Shown: positions 20,761-32,000 of the stretch, one piece after another
Layout: each line of letters starts with the position of its first letter
Position numbering within the stretch: the stretch's first letter is position 1
Origin: Sedimentisphaerales bacterium
GTDB lineage: Bacteria; Planctomycetota; Phycisphaerae; Sedimentisphaerales; Anaerobacaceae
Reading direction: 5' to 3'
Length of the DNA: 64,000 nucleotides
Assembly: GCA_963708075.1 (NCBI GenBank)
Contig: OY970194.1
Span: 1,696,001 to 1,760,000 of the forward strand
The notes under the pieces: model-generated
Told to the model about the DNA's origin: nothing
Seen by the model: the letters and a program-made list of their open reading frames with translations, nothing else
The model's database searches: none
Program-made: the position numbers and the translations under genes

Positions 20761-22773
20761 TCAGGTGCGCAGTTCGGCGGCGACGGCTTTGTTGAGGCTG
20801 GCGAGGATCGCGGCCTGATACTGGTCCACGGTCTCGTGGGTGAGCGTGCCGTCTTCGTCGCGGAAGCGCAGGGACAGGGTGAGGCTCTTCTTGCCTGCGG
20901 GGATTCCCTTGCCGCGATAGATATCGACGAACTGGACGTTCTCCAGCTCGGCTGGGGCAGCGTTCTGCACGGCCGCGGCGATGTCCGACCAGCGGGTTGT
21001 CTCCGCTACGACGATGGACAGGTCGCGGTCGATGGCTGGGAAGCGCGGGATCGGGCGGATTTTGATCGGCCCGGCTTTCAAGGCCATCAGCTCGTCGAAA
21101 TCCAGCTCTGCGCCGCACGGGGTCACGTCTTTGAAGTCGAGCTTCTGGCGAACGGCCTCCGAGAAGATCCCCGCCTGCCCGATCTCCTTGCCGTCAACCA
21201 GGACGCGGGCCCCTACCTCCGCCCAGGGGAGCTCGGCGGGCACGAACTCGGCCCTGGCGTTGCGATTGAGGCTCTCGACGAGACCCTCGACGGCGCCGCG
21301 AAGGAGCCGGAAGTTGGCATCGACCACGAGTCCCAGGTTCGCCCTTTCCAGCGGCAGGGAATTCCTGTCGCCGGCGGGAACGAACGTGTCGGCGATCTCG
21401 TATACGCGGCACGGCAGGTTCTTCGCATTGACGTTCGTCTTGAGCACGTCGAGCAGCGAGCCCAGCAGCGTACGGCGCAGGATGCCGGCTTCTCGCCGAG
21501 CCGTCTGCCGCACGGCCAGATGCGACCCCGGCCCACCGGCCGTGAAGAGGTCCGCAACACCCTGATCCACAAAATCGACGTTGATCGTCTCGTAGAAGCC
21601 GCAGGCGTTGAGCAACGTGCCGACATACTCCGCCATCGCGTGGCGCGCGTCGGCGGGCACGGCCTCGATCTGAATCCTCCTTCGCGTGGGCACCTTGTCG
21701 TAGCCATACACGCGGATCACTTCCTCGATCAGGTCCACCTCGCGGTCAATATCGCTTCGCCAGCTTGGGATCGAGCAGATGACCGAGCCATCCTGTAGTC
21801 GCGGCTCAAAGCACAGGCCCGCGAAGATACTCAACACCTGCTGCGTCGGGACTTCGATCCCGAGCAGCCGGCTCACGCGGGAGAGCCTCATGGATACCTG
21901 CAGCGGCTGGGGCTTTCGCGGATAGGCGTCCACGAGCCCTTTGGCCACCCTGCCGCCGGCGAGTTGCACGATCAACTGCGTCGTACGCCTCGACGCCCAA
22001 TCTATTTTCTCTATATCCACAATCCGCTCGAACCGGAAGGAAGCCTCCGACGGAAGGGCCAGCCGGCGGGAGGTCGTGCGGATGCAGACCGGATCAAAGT
22101 AAGCGTCCTCCAGCAGGATCGTCGTCGTGGCGTCGCTGACCTCGGTGGCCAGGCCGCCCATGATGCCGGCGACCGCGACCGGCCGTCGCGCATCGGCAAT
22201 GACAAGCATCTGGGGGGCCAGCGCGCATTGCGTACCGTCGATGCTGACGATCTGCTCGCCCGGCGCGGCCTTGCGAACGATGATCTTGCGTCCTTCGATC
22301 GTGGCATAGTCGAATGCGTGCGGCGGCTGACCGGTCTCCATCATCGCATAATTCGTGGCATCGACGACGTTGTTGACGGCTCGCATGCCAACGGCCTCCA
22401 GCCGCTTCTGCATCCACGCAGGCGATGGTCCGATCTTGACGCCCTCGATGACCCGGGCGGTGTACCGGCCGCACAGGTCCGGCTCGCGAATCTCCACGTC
22501 CACGAACTCGGAGGCGGGCCTTTCCACTTCCGGGAAATCGATCTTGGGCAGACTCAGCGGCTTGCCCGTGGCGGCGGCCAATTCCCTCGCGATGCCGATA
22601 TGACTGAGGCAATCACCGCGATTGCTCGTTACTTCCACGTCGATCACCGAATCGTCGGCCAGGTGCTCGATCCCCTCACAGGGCAGTCCGAGATTGCTCA
22701 GAATCTCCGCAATCTGCTCGGCCTGCAGACCGGTTTGCACGTAATCGTTCAACCAATTCAGAGAAATCTTCAT
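20761..22773 (-). CDS. pheT: Phenylalanine--tRNA ligase beta subunit (short form without the OB/B2 domain)
   Basis: MKISLNWL, NRGDCLSHIGIARE, VVDATNY..METGQP, REVDLIEEV and FPAIDRDLS...TLT motifs. Confidence 0.97.
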   Translation of the reverse strand: MKISLNWLNDYVQTGLQAEQIAEILSNLGLPCEGIEHLADDSVIDVEVTSNRGDCLSHIGIARELAAATGKPLSLPKIDFPEVERPASEFVDVEIREPDLCGRYTARVIEGVKIGPSPAWMQKRLEAVGMRAVNNVVDATNYAMMETGQPPHAFDYATIEGRKIIVRKAAPGEQIVSIDGTQCALAPQMLVIADARRPVAVAGIMGGLATEVSDATTTILLEDAYFDPVCIRTTSRRLALPSEASFRFERIVDIEKIDWASRRTTQLIVQLAGGRVAKGLVDAYPRKPQPLQVSMRLSRVSRLLGIEVPTQQVLSIFAGLCFEPRLQDGSVICSIPSWRSDIDREVDLIEEVIRVYGYDKVPTRRRIQIEAVPADARHAMAEYVGTLLNACGFYETINVDFVDQGVADLFTAGGPGSHLAVRQTARREAGILRRTLLGSLLDVLKTNVNAKNLPCRVYEIADTFVPAGDRNSLPLERANLGLVVDANFRLLRGAVEGLVESLNRNARAEFVPAELPWAEVGARVLVDGKEIGQAGIFSEAVRQKLDFKDVTPCGAELDFDELMALKAGPIKIRPIPRFPAIDRDLSIVVAETTRWSDIAAAVQNAAPAELENVQFVDIYRGKGIPAGKKSLTLSLRFRDEDGTLTHETVDQYQAAILASLNKAVAAELRT

Positions 22774-22885
22774 GCCACAAATCCTTCCAGGTTCTGCGTT
22801 GCGGCCCCACAGTACCGCAGGCAGCAACGGATGTCAATCCGCGCAACCGCGGCCGCTCTCGTTCGGGCCGCGATAAAAAACTTAA

Positions 22886-22914
22886 AAGGTATCGAGCTTC
22901 GCCGCACTTGTCAA
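22886..22914 (-). promoter_or_regulatory. Sigma70-like promoter for pheT
   Basis: Minus strand TTGACA-N17-TACCTT. Confidence 0.55.
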
Positions 22915-23108
22915 CGTAAGCGGTCCTTTGTAAGCTGGCGGACGATCGAAAGACGGGCTCGGGCGTGCGGAACGCCGGGGCAGCGAAAAGATATGAAGCT
23001 TCCGCGGTGGCAGTTGGTTGGAAAGGCCCTCGACCTCACGGATGTGCAGCCTCCCTGCGTTGAGGACCATTGAATCAGGCTGCGTGATTTTGCAGGAGAA
23101 TAGTGGTT

Positions 23109-23654
23109 ATGATTCCGATAAGGACAAAGTACAAAGTCTGCGTTCTGCTGGTTGCCTGGGCTGTCGCGGGCGTTCTGATGATCCAAATCGCCCGGTCGGA
23201 TGCCGGCAAGCCGGAGTTCTCCCGGACCACGATCGATATCGGGGTGGTGGTCAGCGACGTGGAGAAGGCCGCGAAATTCTATACGCAGGCCCTGGGCTTC
23301 ACCGAGACGGGTAGCTTCGATGTGGCGGCCCAGATGGCATGCGATACCGGCCTGACCGACAGCAAGCCCTTCAAGGTCCGCACGTTCACCCTCAGCAAAG
23401 AGCCGACCGCCACGAACCTGAAGATCATGCAGATCGCCGGCGCGAAAGCGGTGGACAACCAGTACCTCAGCTCGAGCCTGGGCTTTCGATACCTGACGGT
23501 GTTCTTCGGCGACCTGGGCAAGACCGTCGAGCGGCTCAAGCAGAACGGGATCACGCCGGTCAAGCCGCCCTACCGTCTCGGCAGCGGAAACAACCACTTG
23601 GCTCTTGTCAAGGACCCCGACGGCAATATCATTGAGTTGATCGGGCCAATGTAG
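23109..23654 (+). CDS. VOC/glyoxalase-family protein with N-terminal signal or anchor
   Basis: IGVVVSDVEKAAKFYTQALGF and VKDPDGNIIELI motifs. Confidence 0.88.
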   Translation: MIPIRTKYKVCVLLVAWAVAGVLMIQIARSDAGKPEFSRTTIDIGVVVSDVEKAAKFYTQALGFTETGSFDVAAQMACDTGLTDSKPFKVRTFTLSKEPTATNLKIMQIAGAKAVDNQYLSSSLGFRYLTVFFGDLGKTVERLKQNGITPVKPPYRLGSGNNHLALVKDPDGNIIELIGPM

Positions 23655-23690
23655 CAGCGTTTGTGCGAGGTCAGGTTCGGAGCAACCTCG

Positions 23691-25196
23691 ATGCAGTCGG
23701 AAACGCGAACGAACGATTTCGAGCGGTTTGAGCAGCTCATCCAGAGCGGCACATACTGCATCTCCATCGTCACGCACGAGGAGCGCTATGCGCTGGAGAT
23801 CGTTCGCAAGACCGCCGCCAGGCTCAAGCGCGACATGTGGATCTGGTCCGTTGCCGACGGCGTTCGCGACGGCGCGATCGACGGCGGGCCCTGCATCGTG
23901 GGCACGGACACGCCCGCGGCGGGGCTGACAAACCTCTCGCAGGCCAAGCCCGGCTCGCTCTGCGTCACGCTCGACCTGGCCGAGCATCTCAAGAGCGGAA
24001 AGGCCCTGCGCATCCTCCGCGACCTGGTCGACAATTTTCATAAGATCGGCATCGCGATCATCATGATCGACTGCAATGGCAATGTGCCCGATGTGATCAA
24101 GGCCTACGCGAGGTCGTTCGAGATTTCCTTCCCCGATGAGGAGGAGTTGCAGCAGATCATCCGGGCCACGCTGCAGCGGCTCCATCGCAAAAAGCCGGTC
24201 GAGATCGGCATCACGCAAAAAGGACTCGACACGATTGTCCGCAACCTGCGGGGGCTGACGCGCCGCCAGGCCGTGAGGATCATTACTGACGCCGTCAGCG
24301 CCGACCAGAGCTTCACCGACGACGACATCAACGTCATCATCGCCAACAAGCGGCGGATGATCCAGCAGGGCGGCTTGCTTGAATACATCCAGACGCCCCT
24401 TGACCTGAGCGAGATCGGCGGGATGGGCCGTCTCAAGAAATGGCTCACTGACCGGCGTGACGTCTTCAGCGCCGAGGCAAAGGCGTTCGGCATCGTGCCC
24501 CCCAAGGGCGTGCTCATGCTGGGCGTGCAGGGAGCGGGCAAGAGCCTGTGCGCCAAGGCGATCGCTACCGGCTGGCAGCAACCGCTGCTTCGCCTGGACC
24601 CAAGCACACTGTATGCGAGCTTCATCGGCGAATCCGAGCGGAACCTGCGCGAGGCCCTGCGCCAGACGGAGATGATGGCCCCGGTGATCCTCTGGATCGA
24701 CGAGATCGAGAAGGCGTTTGCCTCCGCCGCCAGTCACAGTGCCGACGGCGGGCTTTCCCAGCGGATGTTTGGCACGCTACTGACCTGGCTGCAGGAGCAC
24801 CAGGCGCCGGTATTCGTCGTGGCCACGGCCAACGACATCGAGGCCCTACCGCCGGAGCTGCTTCGCAAGGGACGATTCGACGAGATCTTTTTCGTGGACC
24901 TGCCCACGACGGAAGTCCGGAAGGAAATCTTCGTGATCCACTTGAAGAAGCGTGGCCGCGATCCGGCGGACTTCGATCTGGACGCCCTGGCCGATGTCTC
25001 GGAAGGCTTCAGCGGGTCGGAGATCGAGCAGGCCGTCATTGCCGCCCTGCACGAAGCCTACGCGGAGAAGGCCCGGCTCGATACGGAACGGATCGCCGCC
25101 GCCGTACAATGCTCGCCCCCGCTGTCCGCAACCATGGCGGAGAAAGTGATCGCGCTACGCGAGTGGGCCAAGGGCCGCTGCGTGCCCGCCGATTGA
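23691..25196 (+). CDS. AAA ATPase (Ycf46-like)
   Basis: IGGM..LK.WL, GVQGAGKS, ILWIDEIEK, LPPELLRKGRFDE and LREWA motifs. Confidence 0.92.
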   Translation: MQSETRTNDFERFEQLIQSGTYCISIVTHEERYALEIVRKTAARLKRDMWIWSVADGVRDGAIDGGPCIVGTDTPAAGLTNLSQAKPGSLCVTLDLAEHLKSGKALRILRDLVDNFHKIGIAIIMIDCNGNVPDVIKAYARSFEISFPDEEELQQIIRATLQRLHRKKPVEIGITQKGLDTIVRNLRGLTRRQAVRIITDAVSADQSFTDDDINVIIANKRRMIQQGGLLEYIQTPLDLSEIGGMGRLKKWLTDRRDVFSAEAKAFGIVPPKGVLMLGVQGAGKSLCAKAIATGWQQPLLRLDPSTLYASFIGESERNLREALRQTEMMAPVILWIDEIEKAFASAASHSADGGLSQRMFGTLLTWLQEHQAPVFVVATANDIEALPPELLRKGRFDEIFFVDLPTTEVRKEIFVIHLKKRGRDPADFDLDALADVSEGFSGSEIEQAVIAALHEAYAEKARLDTERIAAAVQCSPPLSATMAEKVIALREWAKGRCVPAD

Positions 25197-25308
25197 TCCT
25201 GAGCGACACAACGTTCTGCGTCACCACTATCCGCCGAATTTGTCTTCTCAAGGCGCCCTGTCCTCGTATAATAGCCGCCAAACAGGCTCATGGAAAAGGA
25301 CGTCTGAC

Positions 25309-25737
25309 ATGACCAGATGCTTGATGCCGCTCCTTGTTGTTGGCTTTCTGAGTGCAGTCACGATCGGTGGATGCGTGGAGCGCAGACTTACGATCAACAC
25401 ATCGCCCGAGGGTGCACGGGTCATCCTGAACGACCAGGAGATCGGCGCCTCGCCCGTGACAGTCCCCTTCAACTGGTACGGCGATTACTGGGTCCGCATC
25501 AGCAAGGACGGCTACGAGACGCTCGACACGCATCGCAAACTCAAGGCCCCCCTGCACGACTACTTCCCCTTCGATTTCTTCGCCCAAGTCCTCTACCCCG
25601 GCCGGATCGTCGATTCCTATGAGTGGAACTTCGAGCTGGCGTTCAAAGAGTACCCCACCCGCGACACGCTCATCGAGAATGCCCAGTCGCTGCAGAGTCA
25701 GCTCGAGCAGCGCAGCCTGACGGCCCCGTCGCGCTAG
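25309..25737 (+). CDS. PEGA-domain lipoprotein
   Basis: Lipobox IGGC followed by LTINTSPEGARVILNDQEIGASP...KDGYET. Confidence 0.85.
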   Translation: MTRCLMPLLVVGFLSAVTIGGCVERRLTINTSPEGARVILNDQEIGASPVTVPFNWYGDYWVRISKDGYETLDTHRKLKAPLHDYFPFDFFAQVLYPGRIVDSYEWNFELAFKEYPTRDTLIENAQSLQSQLEQRSLTAPSR

Positions 25738-26672
25738 GCGAGGTTGTGCCGGTACCAGTCGATGGACTTTTCGAGGCCTTCGCGGAAGAGAACGACGGGC
25801 TTGTAGCCGATCAGGTTCTTCGCGGCGGTGATGTCGGCGAGGGAGTGCTTGACGTCGCCCGGTCGCGAGGGTTCGTAGATCGGCCGAACATTCTTGCCCA
25901 GAAGCTCGTTGATCGCGTGGATGATCGCATTGACTGTCACGGCCTCACCGCAGGCGATATTGACGACCTCTCCGTGCGTTTCTTTCGCGCGTGCCGCCAG
26001 GAGATTCGCTTCCACGATATTGTCGATATAGCTGAAATCCCGGCTTTGCTCGCCATCGCCGTAGATCGTGGGCGGGCGGTCCTGCAGGATGGCCGTCACG
26101 AACGCGGGGATCGCCGCGGCGTACTGGCTGGCGGGGTCCTGGTGAGGCCCGAACACGTTGAAGTAGCGAAGGGAGATCGTCTCCAGACCGAAGACGCCCG
26201 AGAATACCGAGCAATAATATTCACCCACGAGCTTTCCGACAGCATAAGGAGACAGCGGACTGGGCGCCATCGTCTCCACCTTGGGCAGAGTCGGCGTATC
26301 GCCGTAGGCGGAGGAGCTTGCGGCGTAAACGAACCGCTTCACGTGAGCGTCCCGCGCCGCCATGAGCAGTGTGAACGTGGCGTCCACACAATGCCGATGT
26401 GTGGAGGCGGGGTCGTCCACGCTTCGCGGCACGGAGGGCAGTGCTCCCTCGTGCAGGACGACGTCGATACCCTTCACGACTTCGCGGGCCACCTCCGGCT
26501 CGCCCATGTCGGCCTCGACGAAGTCGATCTTGTCCTTGATCGGCGCCAGGTTGCTCCGCTTGCCCGTCAGCAGGTTATCCACCACCCTGACAGAGCATCG
26601 CTCCTTGACGAGGCGTCGGCAGATGTTGGAGCCGATGAAACCGGCCCCTCCGGTTACCAGATACTTCTCCAT
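25734..26672 (-). CDS. UDP-sugar 4-epimerase (WbpP-like SDR)
   Basis: [32 protein letters not shown] and LRYFNVFGP motifs. Confidence 0.92.
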   Translation of the reverse strand: MEKYLVTGGAGFIGSNICRRLVKERCSVRVVDNLLTGKRSNLAPIKDKIDFVEADMGEPEVAREVVKGIDVVLHEGALPSVPRSVDDPASTHRHCVDATFTLLMAARDAHVKRFVYAASSSAYGDTPTLPKVETMAPSPLSPYAVGKLVGEYYCSVFSGVFGLETISLRYFNVFGPHQDPASQYAAAIPAFVTAILQDRPPTIYGDGEQSRDFSYIDNIVEANLLAARAKETHGEVVNIACGEAVTVNAIIHAINELLGKNVRPIYEPSRPGDVKHSLADITAAKNLIGYKPVVLFREGLEKSIDWYRHNLA

Positions 26673-26684
26673 CCAAGACCTCAG

Positions 26685-26777
26685 GATTTGTGATTTACGA
26701 TTTACAGCTTGGCCACGCGGCGCACCAGGCGCAGCCGCGATGGTAAATCAAAAGTCATAAATAGTAAATCGTAAATC
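26685..26777. repeat. Inverted heptamer tandem-repeat hairpin (GATTTAC)n...(GTAAATC)n
   Basis: GATTTGT GATTTAC GATTTAC ... GTAAATC AAAAGTC ATAAATA GTAAATC GTAAATC in the wzc-epimerase intergenic gap. Confidence 0.75.
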
Positions 26778-26779
26778 CG

Positions 26780-29011
26780 TCATGCGGGGTTGGCGGCCAT
26801 CTGGGCTTTGAGGTAGCGGCGGTAGGCCTTGAACTGCTGGCGGAAGTACCCGCCCTTCATGGCCTCGGCCCCGAACAGCACGCACCCGACCACGTTGGCG
26901 CCGACATCCTGCAGCTCCGAGATCGTTCGCTCGGCCGCTCCGCGTCTGGTGACGGCAGCGTTGAACACCAGGATCGTCGCATTCACAAGCTTGGCCAGGA
27001 TCTTCACATCGCTGACCAGCAGAACGGGCGGACTGTCGATGATGACACGGTCATAATCGCGGGCGACGTTTTCAATCAATTCCCTCATCCGCTGGCTCGC
27101 CAGCAGCTCCGCGGGATTGGCGGTGGGCGGCCCGGAACAGATCAGGTCCAGGCCCTCGACGCCGCCGGGCTGGATCGCTTCATGGTAATCAGATTCGCCT
27201 TTCAGGATGCTCGTCAGCCCGGGCCGATGCTTACAGGCATCGTCCTCCGAGGTTTCCAGCGGATACGCCAGGTGCAGGCTCGGCTGCCGCAGATTTCCGT
27301 CGATCAGCAGCACTTTCTCGAATTTGGCCACGAACGCCGAGGCGAGATTGCACGCCACGGATGTCCTGCCGTCGCCGGGGGAGCCGCTGGCGACAAGGAG
27401 TGTTTTCAGCGGCGTATCGCTCGACAGCTCGAGATTGGTCCGGCACTTGCGATAGGATTCGCCGAGCAGGGAGTAGGGCGCCGCATCGACCACGCGGCAC
27501 AGATCCACGTCGTCCACGGCGCGGTCCTCATTCGCATCCGGGATCACGGCCAGAAGCGGGATATTCAGGAACCGCCGGACGTCGCTCGACGTCCGCACCA
27601 GGTCGTTGAGCATCTCAAGCAGAAACGCGAACGCCAGGCCCATGACCAGGCCGAGCATCGTGCCGCCCGGAACCCACAACAGGATATGGCGGGAGATCAC
27701 CATGTCGAGCGGCTCGGGAGCCGGGCCGACCAGTTGCACCTTCGGAGTCTCCGGATCGTCGAGCATGATCCTGAGCTTTTCGACCTGCATCTTGATCTGG
27801 GTGAGCATTTCCACCCGCTCGTCGCGTTTCTTCATCGCCTGCTCATATTCCGAGCGTGCGTCGTCCAGGCCATTCTGCTTTTGCTGAGCGTCGTTCCGCA
27901 GCCGCTGAAGCTCGGCCAGCCGCTCCTCCAGGACGCGCAGCGTGTCGCGGGCGTTCATCAGATTGGCCCGCCGGGTCTGCTCGGCGATCTGTGTTCTGCG
28001 CTGGCTCCTCTCTGTCTCGATCTTGTCGATCAGCTCCTGCGTCTGGCGCACGATGCGATGGTTCTCGCCGAATTTCGTCAGTCGGCCGGATAATTGAGCC
28101 TGGTACAGGGCGATCTGCTGGGCCAGTGAAATCATCAGGGGGTCCTGCTCGATGGCGTGCTCGATCTGCACGGTGATGGGGCCCTCGGCCAGTTGCCTGA
28201 GGTTGCCGATGTCGGCCTGAAGCTGCTTGATCGCCAGGGTCATCTGGCTCTCCTGCAACTCCAGGTCGTTCAAGCGAAGCGTGATGGTATGCTGGAAGTA
28301 GCGGCCCGCGGGTTTCTCCAGGTCGGAGATGCCGGTCTTCGTGCGCACATCCTGCATGGCCCGCTCGCTGTCGGTGATTTCTCTCTCCACGGCGCCCTGC
28401 CGGGCCGTGAGTTCCACGAGCTTCCCGCTAACGCCCGACTTCTCACTCTCTCCATGTTGAGTGACAAACAGGCGGGCCATCTCGTTGACGATCAGGGCCG
28501 CTTCCGCCCGGTTGCCGCAGGTCATCGACACGACGATGTGCTCGGCCTCGCGCTGCGGATAGGCGTTCAGGTGCCTCTCCAGGCTCTTGGTGGCCTCATC
28601 CTTGTCCCCATGCATCGCCTGTCGAAACCACTTTGTCTCGCGGACCTTGTCGCTGATCCTGAGCAACTCCTGCAGATTGCTCTGCATCTTCATCAGGTTG
28701 GCCAGAGAGAGACGATGCCCATACTGGATGTCCTGCTGGACCTGGGAGGCCACGACTTCCATCGGGTCGGTCTCGCCGGGCGGCAGGACCTTGATCACCG
28801 TCTCCGCCTTGTACTGGGGCAGGTATCTTCGGACCAAGTGCCAGCCTCCCGTGCCGGCCGCGCCTCCCATGATGGTCATGAAGATCACAAGCCACACGTG
28901 GCGGCGCAGCATGCCCAGGACTTCCTTCGGCGTCAGCGCAGCGGCCGAAGCCTTCCGTGCCCCGGATGGTCTCGACCCTTTGCCGGCAGCCGTTGGATTT
29001 CGGCTTATCAT
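26780..29011 (-). CDS. wzc: Polysaccharide co-polymerase/tyrosine autokinase (Wzc family)
   Basis: Two TM helices flanking a coiled coil; ESYRKCRTNL, Walker A SPGDGRTS, LIDGNLR, IIDSPP and a C-terminal Tyr cluster. Confidence 0.9.
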   Translation of the reverse strand: MISRNPTAAGKGSRPSGARKASAAALTPKEVLGMLRRHVWLVIFMTIMGGAAGTGGWHLVRRYLPQYKAETVIKVLPPGETDPMEVVASQVQQDIQYGHRLSLANLMKMQSNLQELLRISDKVRETKWFRQAMHGDKDEATKSLERHLNAYPQREAEHIVVSMTCGNRAEAALIVNEMARLFVTQHGESEKSGVSGKLVELTARQGAVEREITDSERAMQDVRTKTGISDLEKPAGRYFQHTITLRLNDLELQESQMTLAIKQLQADIGNLRQLAEGPITVQIEHAIEQDPLMISLAQQIALYQAQLSGRLTKFGENHRIVRQTQELIDKIETERSQRRTQIAEQTRRANLMNARDTLRVLEERLAELQRLRNDAQQKQNGLDDARSEYEQAMKKRDERVEMLTQIKMQVEKLRIMLDDPETPKVQLVGPAPEPLDMVISRHILLWVPGGTMLGLVMGLAFAFLLEMLNDLVRTSSDVRRFLNIPLLAVIPDANEDRAVDDVDLCRVVDAAPYSLLGESYRKCRTNLELSSDTPLKTLLVASGSPGDGRTSVACNLASAFVAKFEKVLLIDGNLRQPSLHLAYPLETSEDDACKHRPGLTSILKGESDYHEAIQPGGVEGLDLICSGPPTANPAELLASQRMRELIENVARDYDRVIIDSPPVLLVSDVKILAKLVNATILVFNAAVTRRGAAERTISELQDVGANVVGCVLFGAEAMKGGYFRQQFKAYRRYLKAQMAANPA

Positions 29012-29088
29012 GTCTTTCTCCGATCAGCGCCCGCGGATCATCCCGGCTCCGCGGATACGCAGTGTAACATACTCTTCACCACCCTGTG

Positions 29089-32000
29089 CTATTGCGCCAA
29101 TCTCCCCATGGCGGAGTCGATCCGGTCCTTCATGATCTTGGGCATCGTGCCCGCCCCGACCTCCAGGGCCCGGCGATAGGCGGCCAGCGCCTTCTTGCCA
29201 TCGCCCAGCGCCTCGTGAACCATGCCCAGATGCTCGTACACCTCGGGCGGGGCCGTCCCTTGCACCTCGTACTGCTGGATCGCCGCCGTCAGCGATTGCA
29301 CCGCCTCGGCATTCCGGCCGTTCTTGTGCAAGACGAACGCATATGTATCCAGATAGTTGGCCTCGTTCGGCTTCTGCTCCAGCGCCTTTTTCGCATACTG
29401 CAGCGCATCGGCGAGCCTCAGGTTGCTCTGGGCCAACATGTACGCCAAATTATTCAATACGACACTGTTGTTGTTCTTCGGCGTTTTCTCCAGAAGACTT
29501 TCGTAGACACCGACAGCCTTTTCGAGATACGCATTATCGGAAGTCTTCTTGTGAGCGAGCACCAGGATCTGGGCCTTCTGTGCGATGTACTCGGTATGCT
29601 GCGGCGTATCCGGCGGGCACAACGCGATGCACTTGTCGATATAGTTGATAGCCTCGTTATAATCCTCCTTGATCTTGGCGAGGTTGAACATCGTGTAGTT
29701 GGCGGCTGCCGAACCCGGGTCTGTCCGAAGCCTCTCGTTGCAGTATTTTGAGACCTCGTCGCCGCCCATCAGGAGATAGACCCGCAGCAGCACCTCCACC
29801 GCCACCCGCTCGTTGGTCCACGCCTTGTCCACCGCCTTTCGGCAGTCGTCGCGGGCGGCCTCCACATCTCCGAACTTCTTCCTGGCCTCCGCCATTCGGC
29901 AGAGAGCGGCCGGGCCATAGGACGTGTCCACGTACTTTCCGCCCTCCTCAAGGGCCTTGTTCAGTTTCTCCGGATGCCACGCGCCCCCTGCTGCGGCGGA
30001 CTCGCCGGCGCCGAGGATCAGCGCGAGCAGGTACCCATCCAATGCGGCTGTGAAATTCAGATCGCGAACCGCCTCGGCCGGAGCCTGATTCGACGCGTCC
30101 TGCTGTTTGAGCCTGTACGCCTTTTCGTACAGCTCTTCCGCCCGGGCATAGTCACGCTGGTTGATCGCAAAGGTTGCGGCGCGATTGAGCCAATCGACAT
30201 TCTCCGGGTCCTTCGCCAACATATCGGCGTAGAGCTGCTTGACCGCATCGTTGCGGCCGAGATTCAGATAGATACGCTCCAGCAGTGCTCGTGCCTCACG
30301 CGGGGTCCCCGGCTTGTCGAGAATGCCCTTGAGCTCGGAGATGGCCTCCTCCTCCCTGCTCGCCCACAGGTACGCCTTGGCCAGCATCGTGGTCGTTACG
30401 GGATCGTCTTCCAGGGATCGACTCTTCTTCAGATCGGCCACCGCCTGGTCGTAGTCGCCTCTCAGGAAGCCGATCTCGCCCCGCAGCCGCCATGCCGCCG
30501 CGTTCTCCTGGCTGCCTTGCAGGTTTCGATTCACCAGCTCAAAGGCCCGATCCAGGTCTCCCTGCCGCTTCGCAACCAGCGCCTCCATCAGAAGGATCCG
30601 TGGCTCATCGGGATATCGCTCCTTGAGACTCTGCAGCTTGGGCTGCGCCTCCTGAACCAGCCCGATATCCAGATAGGCCCGGATCTGGCCGATCCGGTTG
30701 GCCGGGTTATCCTCCAGAGTCAGCAGCTCTTCCGAGTACTTCTTCACGGCGTCCGCATCCGCGGTTTCCTCGGCGACCAGAACCAAACCCTTCAACGCAT
30801 CCACGCGATTGGCCGGCTCGGTGTACATCTGCTGCAGGAGCTTCACCGCCTCACTGAACCGTCCCGTACGGAGATAATGACGCCACAGGAGCTGGCTGTC
30901 CTTGGACTCCGCGAGCAACTGCATGGCCTTGTCGTTTTCGCCTCTGGCACGGTAGTACTCGGCATAACTATCGAGCATGAGCTGATTGCCCGGCTCCAGT
31001 TTTCTGGCTTGTTGGAACGCCGATTCCGCCACGCCGAAAAGTGCCTGCTTCCTGTTCTCGTCCGTCTCCTTCAGGGCGACCTGTGTCGCCAGCTTTCCGA
31101 GCAGGACCGCGTTGGGAACGCTTGGCGCGCTGGCCTGTATAGTCTGGTACAGCGCCAGGGCCTTCATCGGATCGTCCTTGCCGATCATCTCGGCGTACGC
31201 GGTCAGCACGCTGACGTCCCGCGGGTCGAGGTGAATGGCCCGCTCGACGGCCTGCTTCGCCTCAAGCTCCTGTTCCGACGACAGCCTCTCGCCGAGCTGC
31301 TTGTTTCGCACGTACAAGGCACCTGCCAGGGTCTTGGCCACCAGAGGGTCCATCGGGTTGAGGCCGGCGGCCTTCTTGAGGTCTTCGATGGAGGCAAGCT
31401 GATTGCCCAGTGCGGCCTGGACGTTGCCCCGCAGCAAGTAGCCATACGAGAAGATCGGCCGCTGCCGCAGGCATTCATCCAGATGGGACAGAGCCTCTTT
31501 GTTCTCGCCCTTGGCAAACGCCAGCCGGGCGGCGAAGAGATATCCGCCGCAATCGTCCAGATTGTCCTGCCTGGCGATCCTGGCCACTTCCTCCGCAAGG
31601 CCCCAGTCCTTCTGGCGCCGCGCCAGGTCGAACAGGTAGCTGGCCGCCTCATGCCGGGGACTCAATTGTCTGGCGCAGGTAAGCCGGCTCTTCTCCAGCG
31701 CCTTGTGCGGTAGTAGTGTTGAGTACCTCCTGCCACTGCGCCGCGGCCAGGTCCGGTTTCTCCTGCTGCTGGTAGACCAGGCCAAGCTCGATCGACCGCC
31801 GCAGCGGGTCTTTGATCCCACGGACTGCCTGCTCGCGGATCTCCCGCCGTCGCGGTTCCGGACAACTCGATGGGTCAGGCTCCGAGAGCAGCTCTGCATA
31901 GAGCAACATCTCCACGCTTTCCGGGGCGTGCTTGAGAAACGCCTCGACGATCGCTTTGGCCGTTGCGGTTTCCTTTTGTGCGATGAGCGATTCACATATC

